Assembly: GCA_965199955.1 (NCBI GenBank)
Contig: CBDATQ010000001.1
Location: forward strand, 1,216,001-1,280,000
DNA: 64,000 nt
Source: Spirochaetia bacterium
Lineage (GTDB): Bacteria; Spirochaetota; Spirochaetia; SZUA-6; Bin103
Direction of reading: 5' to 3'
This document shows positions 48,861 through 60,250 of the stretch, in pieces; within the stretch, counting starts at the first letter, position 1; each line of letters begins with the position of its first letter. Both the position numbers and the translations under genes were made by a program. A model generated the notes under the pieces. That model ran no database searches, was not told where the DNA came from, and worked only from the letters and a program-made list of their open reading frames with translations.

Positions 48861-49625
48861 TCATCGGGCGCGGAGCACACAGAACTCGTAGCCGTAGAAG
48901 TCCGAGTAGGCATGCCAGGTGTCCAGTTCCCTCTGGCACTGCTCCGCCAACTCCTGTGCGTCCGGCTCGTCGTGGTGACGCGTCCGGAATAAGGTCACGT
49001 TGCCTTGCAGTGGCCGATAGTAGTCGTCCCACCATGCGGACGCGGGAAGGGGAAAGTGCCCGACGGTCTCGTAGCCGCACGCCTCGGTGGCTTCCAGGAG
49101 CGCGGAGGTGTCGCGTATGGCCGGGTACTCACGGTTCCAGAACGCTGCGCACGCCGCGGGCGGGTCGGGCTTCCGCCAGCATACCTCTGTCAGCGCGACG
49201 TGCCCATTGCGTCGCAGCAGCCGGCGCCAATCGCGGAGGGCCGCTTCGACACCCATGTTGTAGATCGCGCCTTCACACCAGATCAGGTCGAAGGAACCGT
49301 CGGCGAAGACGAGTCGGCGCATGTCCGCGACGCGGGCTTCCAGCCGATCCGCGATGCCCAGTTCATGCGCCTTGCGGCTCAGCTCGTCGATGAACGGGGG
49401 ATGGTTATCGACGGCGACGATGCGCGCCGGCGAGCTTTGCACCAGAACCAATGTCTGGGCGCCGGTTCCGCAACCGACGTCGAGGACGCGGGTCCGTGGC
49501 CCCACGTCCGGCACGAGCCCGAGGGCCCGGCGCGTGCTGGGTTCTGTCCCCGGTCCCTGCCGGGGAAGCCCACTGAACAGCTCGTAGAACAGCGCGGTGG
49601 CTCGATCGGGCGGTGTGGTACGCAT
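48861..49625 (-). CDS. Class I SAM-dependent methyltransferase
   Basis: LPRQGPG, VLDVGCGTG, FDLIWCEGAIYNMG and YGYEF. Confidence 0.88.
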   Translation of the reverse strand: MRTTPPDRATALFYELFSGLPRQGPGTEPSTRRALGLVPDVGPRTRVLDVGCGTGAQTLVLVQSSPARIVAVDNHPPFIDELSRKAHELGIADRLEARVADMRRLVFADGSFDLIWCEGAIYNMGVEAALRDWRRLLRRNGHVALTEVCWRKPDPPAACAAFWNREYPAIRDTSALLEATEACGYETVGHFPLPASAWWDDYYRPLQGNVTLFRTRHHDEPDAQELAEQCQRELDTWHAYSDFYGYEFCVLRAR

Positions 49626-49714
49626 GCAGCACGCCTCCGGACGAACAGTAATGGAGAGGCAGGAGATGGGGGCGAAGGCTTCCCGCCGGCCTGCCGTAGG
49701 CGTACGTTGTAGGC

Positions 49715-50686
49715 GTGTCCGACGCACGGCTTCCTTCGCTTGACGAGATCAAGAGCGCGGCCCAGATCGTCTATCGCGCCATGCCGCCGACGCCTCAGTA
49801 CCGCTGGCCGCTGCTGTGCGAGCGGACCGGCTGCTCGGTGTGGGTGAAGCACGAGAATCACACCCCCATCGGCTCGTTCAAGCTGCGCGGCGCGCTGGTA
49901 GCGGTCGACCGGCTGCGGAGCGCCAAACCACGGGTCAACGAGGTGGTGGCGGCCACGCGTGGCAACTACGGCCAGAGCGTCGCCTTCGCCGCGCGCCGGG
50001 CCGGACTCGCCGCCACCGTGGTGATGCCGGCCGGCAACAGCCGTGAGAAGAACGCCGCGATGCGAGCGTTCGGCGCCCGCCTCGTCGAGCACGGCAAGGA
50101 CTTCGATGAAGCGTATGCTCATGCCGCCGTGCTGGCCGCCGGTGACCGCAGGCACCTGATGCCGTCCTTCAGCCCGGAACTGGTCAGGGGCGTGGCCAGT
50201 TCCGGCCTGGAACTGTTCCGGGAGGTTGAGGACCTGGACGCCGTCTACGTGCCGATCGGCCTGGGCTCCGGCATCTGCGGGGTGATGGCCGCTCGCAACG
50301 CGCTGTCACCGACGACGGCGGTGATCGGAGTGGTCTCGGCCGCCCTGCCTGCCTATCAGCGTTCGTTCGCCGCGGGCGAGTCGCGCCCCACCGGTCCCGC
50401 GCCGACCATCGCCGACGGCATGGCGGTGCGTGTCCCTGACGAGGAGGCGCTCGCCTTGATCCTGGCCGGCGTGGACCGGGTCGTCGCCGTCTCCGAAGCC
50501 GAGCTGCGATCGGCGATGCGCGCCTGCTACACCGACACGCACAACGTCGCCGAGGGGGCGGGAGCGGCGCCGCTGGCGGCGCTGCTCCAGGAACGGTCGC
50601 GGATGCGCGGCAGCCGCGTCGCGCTGGCGCTCTCGGGCGGCAACATCGACCGGGAGCTCTTCGCGGAGGTCCTGGCCGGCTCGTAG
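49715..50686 (+). CDS. Threonine/serine dehydratase (PLP, fold II)
   Basis: KHENHTPIGSFKLRG, ATRGNYGQS, VPIGLGSG, TIADGMA and SGGNID. Confidence 0.9.
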   Translation: MSDARLPSLDEIKSAAQIVYRAMPPTPQYRWPLLCERTGCSVWVKHENHTPIGSFKLRGALVAVDRLRSAKPRVNEVVAATRGNYGQSVAFAARRAGLAATVVMPAGNSREKNAAMRAFGARLVEHGKDFDEAYAHAAVLAAGDRRHLMPSFSPELVRGVASSGLELFREVEDLDAVYVPIGLGSGICGVMAARNALSPTTAVIGVVSAALPAYQRSFAAGESRPTGPAPTIADGMAVRVPDEEALALILAGVDRVVAVSEAELRSAMRACYTDTHNVAEGAGAAPLAALLQERSRMRGSRVALALSGGNIDRELFAEVLAGS

Positions 50687-50745
50687 CGGCTGCCACGAAC
50701 GCCTGTCGCTTCTACGAGTGATGGGAATGTGGTTGGATCAGGTTC

Positions 50746-51417
50746 ATGCGTCTTGTCACGTGGAACACCGGGCATCGAGCCGACACACGGTCGCAGGCCG
50801 AGTTTCTGCGGGGCCTGTCACCCGACGTCATCGCGTTGCAGGAAATCATGCGAACGTCCCTCGATCGGTGGAAGCCGCTGCTGAGTGAGATCGGACTTCC
50901 TCATTGGATGAGCCCCGTGCGGGACCCGATGCGTGCCTACAGCGGCGTGCTCATCGCCTCGAAGGCCCCTCTCGACATGCTCTCGCCCGCGGACGGCGCG
51001 ATGGATACGGAGACCCGATGGCCGAACATGCATGCTTCACTCTCGGTGCAACTCGCCAACGGGATCAGGCTGCACACGGCGTGTCTGTGGGGAGAGCTTC
51101 CGGATCGGAAGGAAGTGATTCACTCGGCCATGTCTCGAAGAGGCCGGCATCCGACCATCCTGGCCGGCGACCTGCACGGCGATGAATCGGACGATCCCCT
51201 GGCGCTCCGGAAGTTCGGGGTGCGTGACGTATATCTCGATCTGCATGGCCACGATGAAGCCCCGTGCAGCTTCGTTGCGGGAACGCGGAGCGACCACGTC
51301 TTCGCGAGCCGTGACCTCCGCGTACGCCGCGCGCAGTACTGGACCGGGAAGATGGGCACGATCGCAGAGGGCGGACTGAGCGATCATGCCCCTCTGGAAG
51401 TGGTGTTCGACCTCTGA
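50746..51417 (+). CDS. Endonuclease/exonuclease/phosphatase family protein
   Basis: RLVTWN, PDVIALQE, ILAGD, DHVFAS and LSDHAP. Confidence 0.8.
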   Translation: MRLVTWNTGHRADTRSQAEFLRGLSPDVIALQEIMRTSLDRWKPLLSEIGLPHWMSPVRDPMRAYSGVLIASKAPLDMLSPADGAMDTETRWPNMHASLSVQLANGIRLHTACLWGELPDRKEVIHSAMSRRGRHPTILAGDLHGDESDDPLALRKFGVRDVYLDLHGHDEAPCSFVAGTRSDHVFASRDLRVRRAQYWTGKMGTIAEGGLSDHAPLEVVFDL

Positions 51418-51456
51418 AGGGAGGGCGACTCGCCGCCTGCGCTATCATCCCCGTCC

Positions 51457-52512
51457 ATGTCACGAACCAACGGCACGATCCGCGTCGGCATCGTCGGCGC
51501 GGGCAACAACACCCGCAACCGGCACATCCCCGGACTGAAGGCACAACCCGACGTCGAGCTGGCAGGCGTCGTGAACCGTTCCCGGCAGTCGTCCGAGCGG
51601 GCGGCAGCCGAGCACGGCATCGGCCGTGTCCACGAGCACTGGTGCGAGCTGGTCCAGGCCGACGACGTCGACGCCGTCCTGATCGGCACCTGGCCCTACC
51701 TGCACAAGCCGGTCACGCTCGCCGCGCTGGCCGCCGGCAAGCACGTCCTGACCGAGGCGCGGCTGGCCCTGAACCTGGCCGAGGCACGGGCGATGCTGGC
51801 CGCTTCGCGCGCGCGGCCCGACCTGGTCACGCAGGTGGTGCCGGCGGCGATGACCCTGGGCATGGACGCGACCATCTGCCGGCACATCGCCGACGGCTAC
51901 GTCGGCGACGTGCTGGCGGTCGAGCATCTGGGCGGCGGCGGATTCATCGATCGCGAGGCGCCGGCGATGTGGCGCGACAGCGCCGTCTACAGCGGGCTGA
52001 ACATCGGCTCGCTGGGCATCACCTACGAGACGATCATGCGCTGGGTGGGACCCGCCACCCGCGTGGCGGCGATCGGCAAGACCTTCGTGACGACCCGCCG
52101 CGACGACGCGGGCGTCGCGCAGGCCATGCAGCTTCCCGACCACCTGGAGGTCCTGGCCGACATGGCGTGCGGGGCGACGCTGCACCTGCAGCTCTCCAGC
52201 GTGATGGGCCACGGCATGGCCGGGACGACGATCTACGGATCGGAAGGCACGTTGCGCATCGCCGGCGGCCGGCTGCAGGGCGCGCGGCGGGAAGACGACG
52301 CGCTCGCACCTCTGCCGATTCCCCACGCAAAGCCGCGACCGGGCGAGCTCATGCCGCCCGGCTGGCGGGTGGAGGAGGAGTTCTGCGCCGCCATCCGCGG
52401 CGAGGGTGCGATCGAGCGCAACACGTTCGAGATCGGCGTCCAATACATGGCGTTCACGGAGGCCGTCCATCGCAGCATGGCCGACGGCCGCACGGCGCCG
52501 GTCGAGCGCTGA
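51457..52512 (+). CDS. Gfo/Idh/MocA family oxidoreductase
   Basis: IRVGIVGAG, VDAVLIGTWPYLH, AGKHVLTEAR and IYGSEGTL. Confidence 0.88.
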   Translation: MSRTNGTIRVGIVGAGNNTRNRHIPGLKAQPDVELAGVVNRSRQSSERAAAEHGIGRVHEHWCELVQADDVDAVLIGTWPYLHKPVTLAALAAGKHVLTEARLALNLAEARAMLAASRARPDLVTQVVPAAMTLGMDATICRHIADGYVGDVLAVEHLGGGGFIDREAPAMWRDSAVYSGLNIGSLGITYETIMRWVGPATRVAAIGKTFVTTRRDDAGVAQAMQLPDHLEVLADMACGATLHLQLSSVMGHGMAGTTIYGSEGTLRIAGGRLQGARREDDALAPLPIPHAKPRPGELMPPGWRVEEEFCAAIRGEGAIERNTFEIGVQYMAFTEAVHRSMADGRTAPVER

Positions 52513-52523
52513 AGGGGAGAGGC

Positions 52524-53486
52524 ATGGAATATCGAACGCTCGGCAAGGCCGGCATCGAGGTTTCGCGCATCGGCTTGGGCTGCTACCAGATGGGCGGCAT
52601 GCACGGCGGCGGCGGTTGGCCCGGCATGGACGACGAGGAGTCGGTGCGCACCATCCACCACGCCGAAACGCTGGGCGTGAACCTGCTGGACACGGCCGAG
52701 GGCTACGGCGGCGGCCACTCGGAGCGGATCATCGGCCGCGCGCTCATCGGACGCCGCAGCCGCTACGTGGTGGCGACCAAGGTGGCGCCTCCGGTCGACG
52801 GCGACAGCGAAGCAGACGCGCGCTCCCGCGTTCAGACCGCCTGCGCCGGCAGCCTGCAGCGGCTCGGAACCGACTACATAGATATCTACCAGCTCCATGG
52901 CGTGCCGCCGAGCGAGCTGATGCCGGCCGTGGCCGAGGAGCTTGCGAAGCTGCAGCAGGCCGGCAAGATCCGCTGCTGGGGCATCTCCACCAACGACGGG
53001 GATGCCATGCGCGAGTTGCTGCGCCTGGGAAACCTGGCCATGGCGCAGGTGGGGCTGAGCATCGTCAATCCCACCGCGGACGACGCGCTGGCGCTGGCGC
53101 TGGAAGCGAACCTGGGCACGCTGATCCGCGTGCCGCTCGGCCAGGGAGCCTTGACCGGCACGTACTTCGACGCGCAGCAGCTCGACGGTGAGGATCGGCG
53201 CCACGAGCGCTTCACCGCCCCGCGCGCGCGTGCGGCGCTCGCCAAACTGGCCGAGTTGCGCTTTCTGACCGATCGAGGCCGCACGATGGTGCAGGCGGCG
53301 CTGCGGTTCGTGCTGGACACCGCCGGCGTGACGGCGGCCATACCCGGCGCCAGGGACCGGGCGCAACTGGAACAGAACGCCGGCGCCGTGGACGTGGCGC
53401 CGCTGTCGGCGAAGGAACGGGAGCGGGCCATGCGCATCGGCGCCGAGTCCGGCTGGCCGCTGCCGCCCTACGCGAAGAAGGCATAG
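52524..53486 (+). CDS. Aldo/keto reductase
   Basis: MEYRTLGK, LDTAEGYGGGHSE, VATK, SLQRLGTDYIDIYQLH and AIPGA. Confidence 0.92.
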   Translation: MEYRTLGKAGIEVSRIGLGCYQMGGMHGGGGWPGMDDEESVRTIHHAETLGVNLLDTAEGYGGGHSERIIGRALIGRRSRYVVATKVAPPVDGDSEADARSRVQTACAGSLQRLGTDYIDIYQLHGVPPSELMPAVAEELAKLQQAGKIRCWGISTNDGDAMRELLRLGNLAMAQVGLSIVNPTADDALALALEANLGTLIRVPLGQGALTGTYFDAQQLDGEDRRHERFTAPRARAALAKLAELRFLTDRGRTMVQAALRFVLDTAGVTAAIPGARDRAQLEQNAGAVDVAPLSAKERERAMRIGAESGWPLPPYAKKA

Positions 53487-53492
53487 CCGCCG

Positions 53493-54029
53493 TTGCCGGC
53501 GCTGGCGGACGCGCGCTCGCTGCGCGACATCGACTGGGACACCTGGGAGCCGGTGGACGTCACCACCGTCGTGTTCGTCGTCGAGGACGGCCGCGCGCTG
53601 CTCATCCGCAAGAAGCGCGGGCTGGGGGCCGGCAAGGTGAACGCGCCGGGCGGGCGCGTCGAGGCGGGCGAGACTCCCGCGGCGGGGGCCGCGCGGGAGC
53701 TCTGGGAAGAGGTGCGCGTCCGCGCCGGCCGCCTCCGCCACCGCGGCGCGATCTCGTTCCAGTTCCTGGACGGCTACTCGACCCACATGCACGTGTTCCG
53801 CGCCACCAGCGCGCGCGGCACGCCCGCGGAGACCGACGAGGCCGAGCCGATGTGGGTGCCGCTCGACGCGATCCCGTACGAGCGGATGTGGGCCGACGAC
53901 CGCGAGTGGCTCCCCCGTTTCCTGGCGGGCGAGCGGTTCCGTGGCTGGGGGCTGTTCGACGGCGATACGATGCTGGACTTCAGACTGCAGACCGATGAGG
54001 ACGGCGATGGGTGGAACGATGGTGAGTGA
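53493..54029 (+). CDS. 8-oxo-dGTP diphosphatase (MTH1-like Nudix)
   Basis: KKRGLGAGKVNAPGGRVEAGET...ARELWEE and IPYERMWADDREWLP. Confidence 0.88.
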   Translation: MPALADARSLRDIDWDTWEPVDVTTVVFVVEDGRALLIRKKRGLGAGKVNAPGGRVEAGETPAAGAARELWEEVRVRAGRLRHRGAISFQFLDGYSTHMHVFRATSARGTPAETDEAEPMWVPLDAIPYERMWADDREWLPRFLAGERFRGWGLFDGDTMLDFRLQTDEDGDGWNDGE

Positions 54030-55779
54030 GAGCACCTTCGCCGCGAGCAAGAGCGAGGCGCGCGGTGAGCGCGCCATGGTGGCCACCAAGCACCGGTTGG
54101 CCACCGCCGCCGCCCTGAGCTCGCTGCGCGCCGGCGGCAACGTCATGGACGCGGCCGTGGCGGCCGCGTTCGCGGTGGGGGTGGTGGAGCCTACCTCCAG
54201 CGGGATCGGCGGCGGCGGCTACCTGGTCTACCAGATGGGGGAGCGCGGCGGCGTGTTCGCCTTCCCCATGCGCGCGTCGCTGGCCGCCGCTCCCGACATG
54301 TACCGCCTCACGGGCGTGGCGGCGGTGGGCGCGTTCGGCTGGCCAGGCGTGGAGGACAACGCCAACCTGGAGGGACCGCGCTCCATCGCAACTCCCGGGG
54401 CGGTGGCCGGCCTCACGGCCGCGCACGCGGCGTTCGGGCGCCTGCCGCTCGACGCGGTGGTGGCGCCGGCCGTGGAGCTCGCGCAGTACGGCTTCGCTCC
54501 CGAGTTCCACGACGTGATGGCCTTTGCGAGTCAGGTGGGCAAGCTCACGCGCTACCCGGAGTTGCGCCGCACCTTTCTGCCGGCGGGCGAGCTGCCGTCC
54601 GGGGTCGAGATCCCCGGCAGCCCCTACGCGCGGGGCGACGTGCTGCGGGCGGCGCCGGTCAGGATCCGCCAGCCGGACCTGGGAGACACGCTGAGTGCGA
54701 TCGGCCGGAAAGGGGCCGACGCGTTCTATCGCGGCGAGGTAGGCCGCCGGCTGGTCGACGCGGTGCGCGATGCGGGAGGTATCCTCGACCATGCCGACCT
54801 TGAGAGCTATCGGCCGCTCCACTGGCAGACCGGCGCCGACCCGGCGCCGCTGGAAGTGGCCTACCGCGGCGACCGCGTGCGGGTGGCGCCGTTCGCCTCG
54901 GGCGGCATCACCAGCGCCATGACCTTGCAGCTCCTGTCCGGGAGCGACCTGCGCGCCTGCGAGCACAACGACGCCGAGGCCCTGCACCGCTATATCTGCG
55001 CCGCGCGCCTGGCCTACGCCGACCGCTTCGCCTACTTGGCCGACCCGGAGACCGCGGACGTGCCCTGGCGCGGCCTGACCTCGCCGTCCTACGCCGCGCG
55101 CCGCCAGACCGGCATCGGCGACAAGGCGCCGGCGCGCTTCAAAGCCGGCGACCCGTGGCGGGAGGAGGGCCGCAAGGCCCCGAAGCGTCCGCCCGGCAGC
55201 GCGCCGGCCTATCACGACGGCACCACCCACCTGTGCGTGATGGACGGCGACGGCAACGCCGTGTCGCTGACCAACACGCTGGGGTCCGGCTTCGGCTCCG
55301 GCGTGGTCGCCGGACGCACCGGCGTCATCCTCAACAACGGCATGATGTGGGTCGACCCGGTGCCCGGTCACGTCAACTCGATCGCGCCCGGCAAGCAGCC
55401 ACTGAACAACATGTCGCCCCTGCTGGTGCTGGGAGAGGGAGGCGCTCGGCTGGCGGTCGGCGCCTCCGGCGGCCGGCGGATCACCAACTGCGTCACCAGC
55501 CTGGTGGTGAAGATGCTCGACTTCGGCCTGGGTCCGCAGGCCGCGATCGACGCGCCGCGCCTGGACTGCAGCACGCCGCTGACCGCCGTCGACGGCCGCC
55601 TGGACCCGGACGTGGTCGAGGAGCTGCGCGCCCGCCGCCACCGCGTGGTGGTGATCGACCCGCGCTACACCACCGAGGGCATGAGCCCGTTCGCCAGCCC
55701 GCTGGCCATCACCCGCGGACCCGACGGCCTGCGCGGCGGCGCCGACACCTTCCACACCGCCCACGCCGCCGGATTGTAA
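54019..55779 (+). CDS. ggt: Gamma-glutamyltransferase family Ntn hydrolase
   Basis: GGNVMDAAVA, VVEPTSSGIGGGG, TPGAVAG, FYRG, nucleophile GTTHLCVMD.DGNAVSLT.T and GASGG.RI. Confidence 0.9.
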   Translation: MVSESTFAASKSEARGERAMVATKHRLATAAALSSLRAGGNVMDAAVAAAFAVGVVEPTSSGIGGGGYLVYQMGERGGVFAFPMRASLAAAPDMYRLTGVAAVGAFGWPGVEDNANLEGPRSIATPGAVAGLTAAHAAFGRLPLDAVVAPAVELAQYGFAPEFHDVMAFASQVGKLTRYPELRRTFLPAGELPSGVEIPGSPYARGDVLRAAPVRIRQPDLGDTLSAIGRKGADAFYRGEVGRRLVDAVRDAGGILDHADLESYRPLHWQTGADPAPLEVAYRGDRVRVAPFASGGITSAMTLQLLSGSDLRACEHNDAEALHRYICAARLAYADRFAYLADPETADVPWRGLTSPSYAARRQTGIGDKAPARFKAGDPWREEGRKAPKRPPGSAPAYHDGTTHLCVMDGDGNAVSLTNTLGSGFGSGVVAGRTGVILNNGMMWVDPVPGHVNSIAPGKQPLNNMSPLLVLGEGGARLAVGASGGRRITNCVTSLVVKMLDFGLGPQAAIDAPRLDCSTPLTAVDGRLDPDVVEELRARRHRVVVIDPRYTTEGMSPFASPLAITRGPDGLRGGADTFHTAHAAGL

Positions 55780-55859
55780 GGGGTCAAGCCCAGCTCAACG
55801 GCCGGTTCTCACATCGGCAAGGAGCCGATTGGCGCGTGTCTCGAGGTCAGCTCAGCGAT

Positions 55860-57087
55860 CGATGATGCGAACGACTCGCCATCATCGAGCTCCATCCCGG
55901 CTACCGCGACTTCCTCGAGGCCGTGCACGGCTGGTTCGCGAACGGCTACCTCTACAAGGAATTCTCGATCGTCAAGCGCGCCGACATCGACCAGGCCGTC
56001 CGCGACAACCGTGTCGCCGCCTCCCTGTCCGGCGCCGGCCGCATCACCGACCGCAACCACTGGGCGGAGACGATGCGCAAGGGCCGCGACCGTGCGTTGA
56101 TGTCGACAAGCGTTCAGAGCATCCCGACGCGGCGATGAAGTTCATCGACCTGGGGTTCCGGTGGGAAGACGTGTACGGCTATCTCACCACCCGGCACGGC
56201 ATCCAGGGCGTGTCTACTTCGGCGGCCAGTGGGTCGGGTTGAAGTACTTCGAGCGCTTCGTGTCGTCGTTCTACTTCTGGAACGTCGTGCGCAACACGCT
56301 GGTGTTCAGCCTGCTGCGGCTGCTGCTGGGGCCGACCCTGGCCATCATGCTGGCACTGCTGCTCAACGAGGTGCGCAACCTCGTGTTCAAGCGGGTGGCG
56401 CAGACCGTCTCCTACCTGCCGCACTTCATCTCGTGGGTGGTGGTGGCGTCGCTCGTGCACGCCATCCTCTCGGTGGACGGCGGGCTGCTCAACCTGATCA
56501 TCACCGGTCTGGGCGGCGATGCGGTGCTGTTCCTGGCGACCCGCGTTTCTTCCGCTCATCGCCCTCTCCACCTGGATGTGGCACGGGGTGGGATGGGGCT
56601 CGATCATCTACCTTGCCGCGATCGCCGGGATCGACCCCGAGCTCTACGACACGGCGCCGGCGGGGTCCCGGTGGCCGACGTGGACATCGGCGCCGTGCAG
56701 CGCGAGCTGGTCGAGTCCGGGGCGATGCTCACCTTCCTGAACGACGGCAATCCGGGCGACGGCGATGCGGTGCCGACGCTGCAGATGCTCGGCGTGCACG
56801 GCTTCTTCGCGTCGTACGACGCGCGCCCGGCCGAGCCGCTGGACCGGGCCGAAGCCGCGCTGTGGGCCGACGGACTGGCAGACGTGCGCGGTGGCGTCAA
56901 CGTGGCCGACGAGTTGGCGCGACGCATCCTGAACTGCGCGCCGGCCGGTCGTGGCGTTACACGCGCCGAGTGGAACGAGTTGCTGCTTGCACGCGGCATG
57001 CCGCCGGAACGAGACGGGCCCGAGTCCGCGACGTCCCTCACCCGAGCGGGGGCGGCGGGTCTCGCCTACCGCGTGCTGGCGCGCTGA
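55860..57087 (+). pseudogene. Mosaic of binding-protein, LplB-type permease and oxidoreductase C-terminal fragments
   Basis: YRDFLE..HGWFANGYLYKE / SEHPDAAMKFID, then WVGLKYFERF...RNTL..Q TVSYLPHFISWVVV / GWGSIIYLAAIAGIDPELYD, then VADVDIGAVQRELVESGA.L.F. Confidence 0.72.
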
Positions 57088-57111
57088 CTCGGCTTCAGCC
57101 GCCGGTTGCGC

Positions 57112-58067
<956 letters not shown>

Positions 58068-58071
<4 letters not shown>

Positions 58072-59519
58072 GCCGCCGCCGCCGGCAGGATGCCGCTGGG
58101 GCGTATCGACGCCAGCGGCTCCGGGCGAAGCCCGTTCCCGGCCAGGATGGCGTTGGCGGCGGCGATCCCGGAGGCGGCCGCACGCTCCATGAGCGCGCTC
58201 GGCTGCTCGATGCGGACGAAGTCGCCGGCCAGGTAGATGCCGGCGTGCGGGGTCTCCACCCCCGGGCGGCCGGCGCGCGAACCGGGTGCGAACGCCGGGC
58301 AGTCATCCCGCAGCAGGTACACCTCGTCCAGCGGCCGGGCGTCGCGGGTCTCCGGATACAGTTGGTGCAGGCCGCGCAGCATCGCCGTGCGCAGCTCCTG
58401 CTCGGTGGTCCCGTCCGGCACGGCGTAGGCGTGCAACTCGACCACCGAGCCGCCGTGCTCGGCGGCCCAGGCGCGGCTCTCGTCCTCGAACAGGTGGAAC
58501 AGGGAGATGTTGTCCAGCAGCGGGAAGCCGGCCGTGCCGGCGAACGGCACGCGCTCGGCGGCGATGGGGCGGTCCAGCCACAGGCGCCACACGGCAAACG
58601 GCAGGGTCGTCTCCAGGGCGCGCACGCGTGCCGCCCAGTCGCCGCGGTCGAACGGCGTGGCGGGCAGCAGCCGCTTCAGCCCCGCCACGTCCAGGGCCAG
58701 CACCACGGCGTCGGCCGCCACCGGATCGGTGTCTCCGTCCGTCTCGACCGCCCAGGAACCGGCGTCGCGCCGGATGCCGCGGGCCTGGGTACCGGTGCGG
58801 ACGGTGGCGCCGCGCTCCTCGACGTAGCGCCGCATCGGCTCCCAGATCCCGGTGGAGAACGGCTGCCGGGCCACGTCGAACGGCAACCCTTCCGGATTTC
58901 CGGTGAAGTAGAAGTGGAACATCATCAGCAGCTCGGCGGCGGACATGCCGCCCTCCGGATTGAAGAACGAGTGCGCGAACACGTCGAACAGCAGGTGCCG
59001 GGCGTCGGGAGGAAAGCGCAGCGAGTCCAGGTATTCGGTGGCGGAGCGGCGGTCGTGGCGCTCGTAGGTGCGCTCGGCGTCGAAGGCCAGCATCGACAGC
59101 GCGGAGCGCAGCCGCACGCGGCGCAGCGCCGCCAGGGTCAGCGACGGCGTGCGCCACGTGAGGGAGACGATGTTCCACGGCGCGCGCCTGGGCAGGCGGG
59201 CGAACGACTGCTGCGCGCCGCCGGTGCCCAGGACGGGATAGTCGTCCAGCGGTTGCAGCAGGTCGAGGTCGGGCGAGATGCGCCGCAGCAGCGCGCGCAG
59301 GTTGTAGTACTGGCGGAAGAACGCGTGAAAACCGCGGTCCATCTGCACCGTCTCGCCGGTAGCCAGCCGCACCGCGAACGCCCCGGCGCGCCCGCCCAGG
59401 CCCATCTCCCGCTCCAGCACGGTGACTCGGATGCCGCGCTCGGCCAGCACGACGGCCGCCGCCATGCCGGCGATGCCGCCGCCCACCACCGCGACGCGCG
59501 GCACTTCGCGGCCGGTCAC
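58068..59519 (-). CDS. crtU: Carotenoid aromatic-ring synthase (isorenieratene synthase-like)
   Basis: VVGGGIAGMAAA, GGR, MDRGFHAFFRQYYNLR, FAHSFF...SAAEL..MFHFYF, VVELHAYA, LAGD and ALMERAA. Located in the cluster with a lycopene cyclase. Confidence 0.85.
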
Positions 59520-60250
59520 CGGTCGCCTTCCGGGCTGCGGGCCAGAAAGGAGTGGACGATGCCGCGCTGCCAGCCGCCGGCCGGCAGTGTCCGCACGTTG
59601 GTGAAACCGGCCCGCTGCAGGCGCTGCTCGAATCCGTCCACGCTGTCGAACCCCAGGACGCTGTCGCGCAGGTAGCGGAACAGCCCGTCGTCTCCGGTCA
59701 CCACGCGCGCGGCGGGAATGATGATCAGCGCCGTTACCGCCTTCCACACGGCAGTGTGGAACGGCGAGCCGGTCACGGAGTATTCATGGAAGCAGACCGG
59801 CGCGCCCGGGGCCAGCAGCTCGCGCACCCGCTGCAGGCAGGCGTCGGCGTCGGGCACGTTGCGGATCCCGTAGGCCATCAGAATGCCGTCGAACGGACCG
59901 TCGATGCCGGCGGCGGCCGGATCCATGGCGTCGCCGTGGACGAACTCGACGCCCGCGAGCTGCGGACGGGCGCGCGCCACCTGCAGCATCTCGGCCGCGG
60001 CGTCCAGGCCGCACAGCGTGGCCTGCGGGTAGACGGCGCGCAGCGCCAAGGTCGACTGTCCGGTGCCGCAGCAGAGGTCCAGGATGCGGGCTTTGCCGGC
60101 CAGCTCCAGCCGTTCCGCGCTCCGGCGCAGGTGCCGGCGGTAGCCGGGGTTGAGTCCGACCAGCAGGTCGTAGAAGGCGGCGACGCGGTCGAAGTCGGCG
60201 GCGACGCGGCCGCCCGGCTGACCTGGGGCGCCGCGCGAGTGGTCGGTCAT
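59516..60250 (-). CDS. UbiE-like SAM methyltransferase of carotenoid clusters (CrtT-like)
   Basis: FD.VA..YDLLVGLNPGYRRHLRRSA, ILDLCCGTG, AYGIRN, HEYSV and GWQRGIVHSFLA. Confidence 0.82.
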   Translation of the reverse strand: MTDHSRGAPGQPGGRVAADFDRVAAFYDLLVGLNPGYRRHLRRSAERLELAGKARILDLCCGTGQSTLALRAVYPQATLCGLDAAAEMLQVARARPQLAGVEFVHGDAMDPAAAGIDGPFDGILMAYGIRNVPDADACLQRVRELLAPGAPVCFHEYSVTGSPFHTAVWKAVTALIIIPAARVVTGDDGLFRYLRDSVLGFDSVDGFEQRLQRAGFTNVRTLPAGGWQRGIVHSFLARSPEGDR

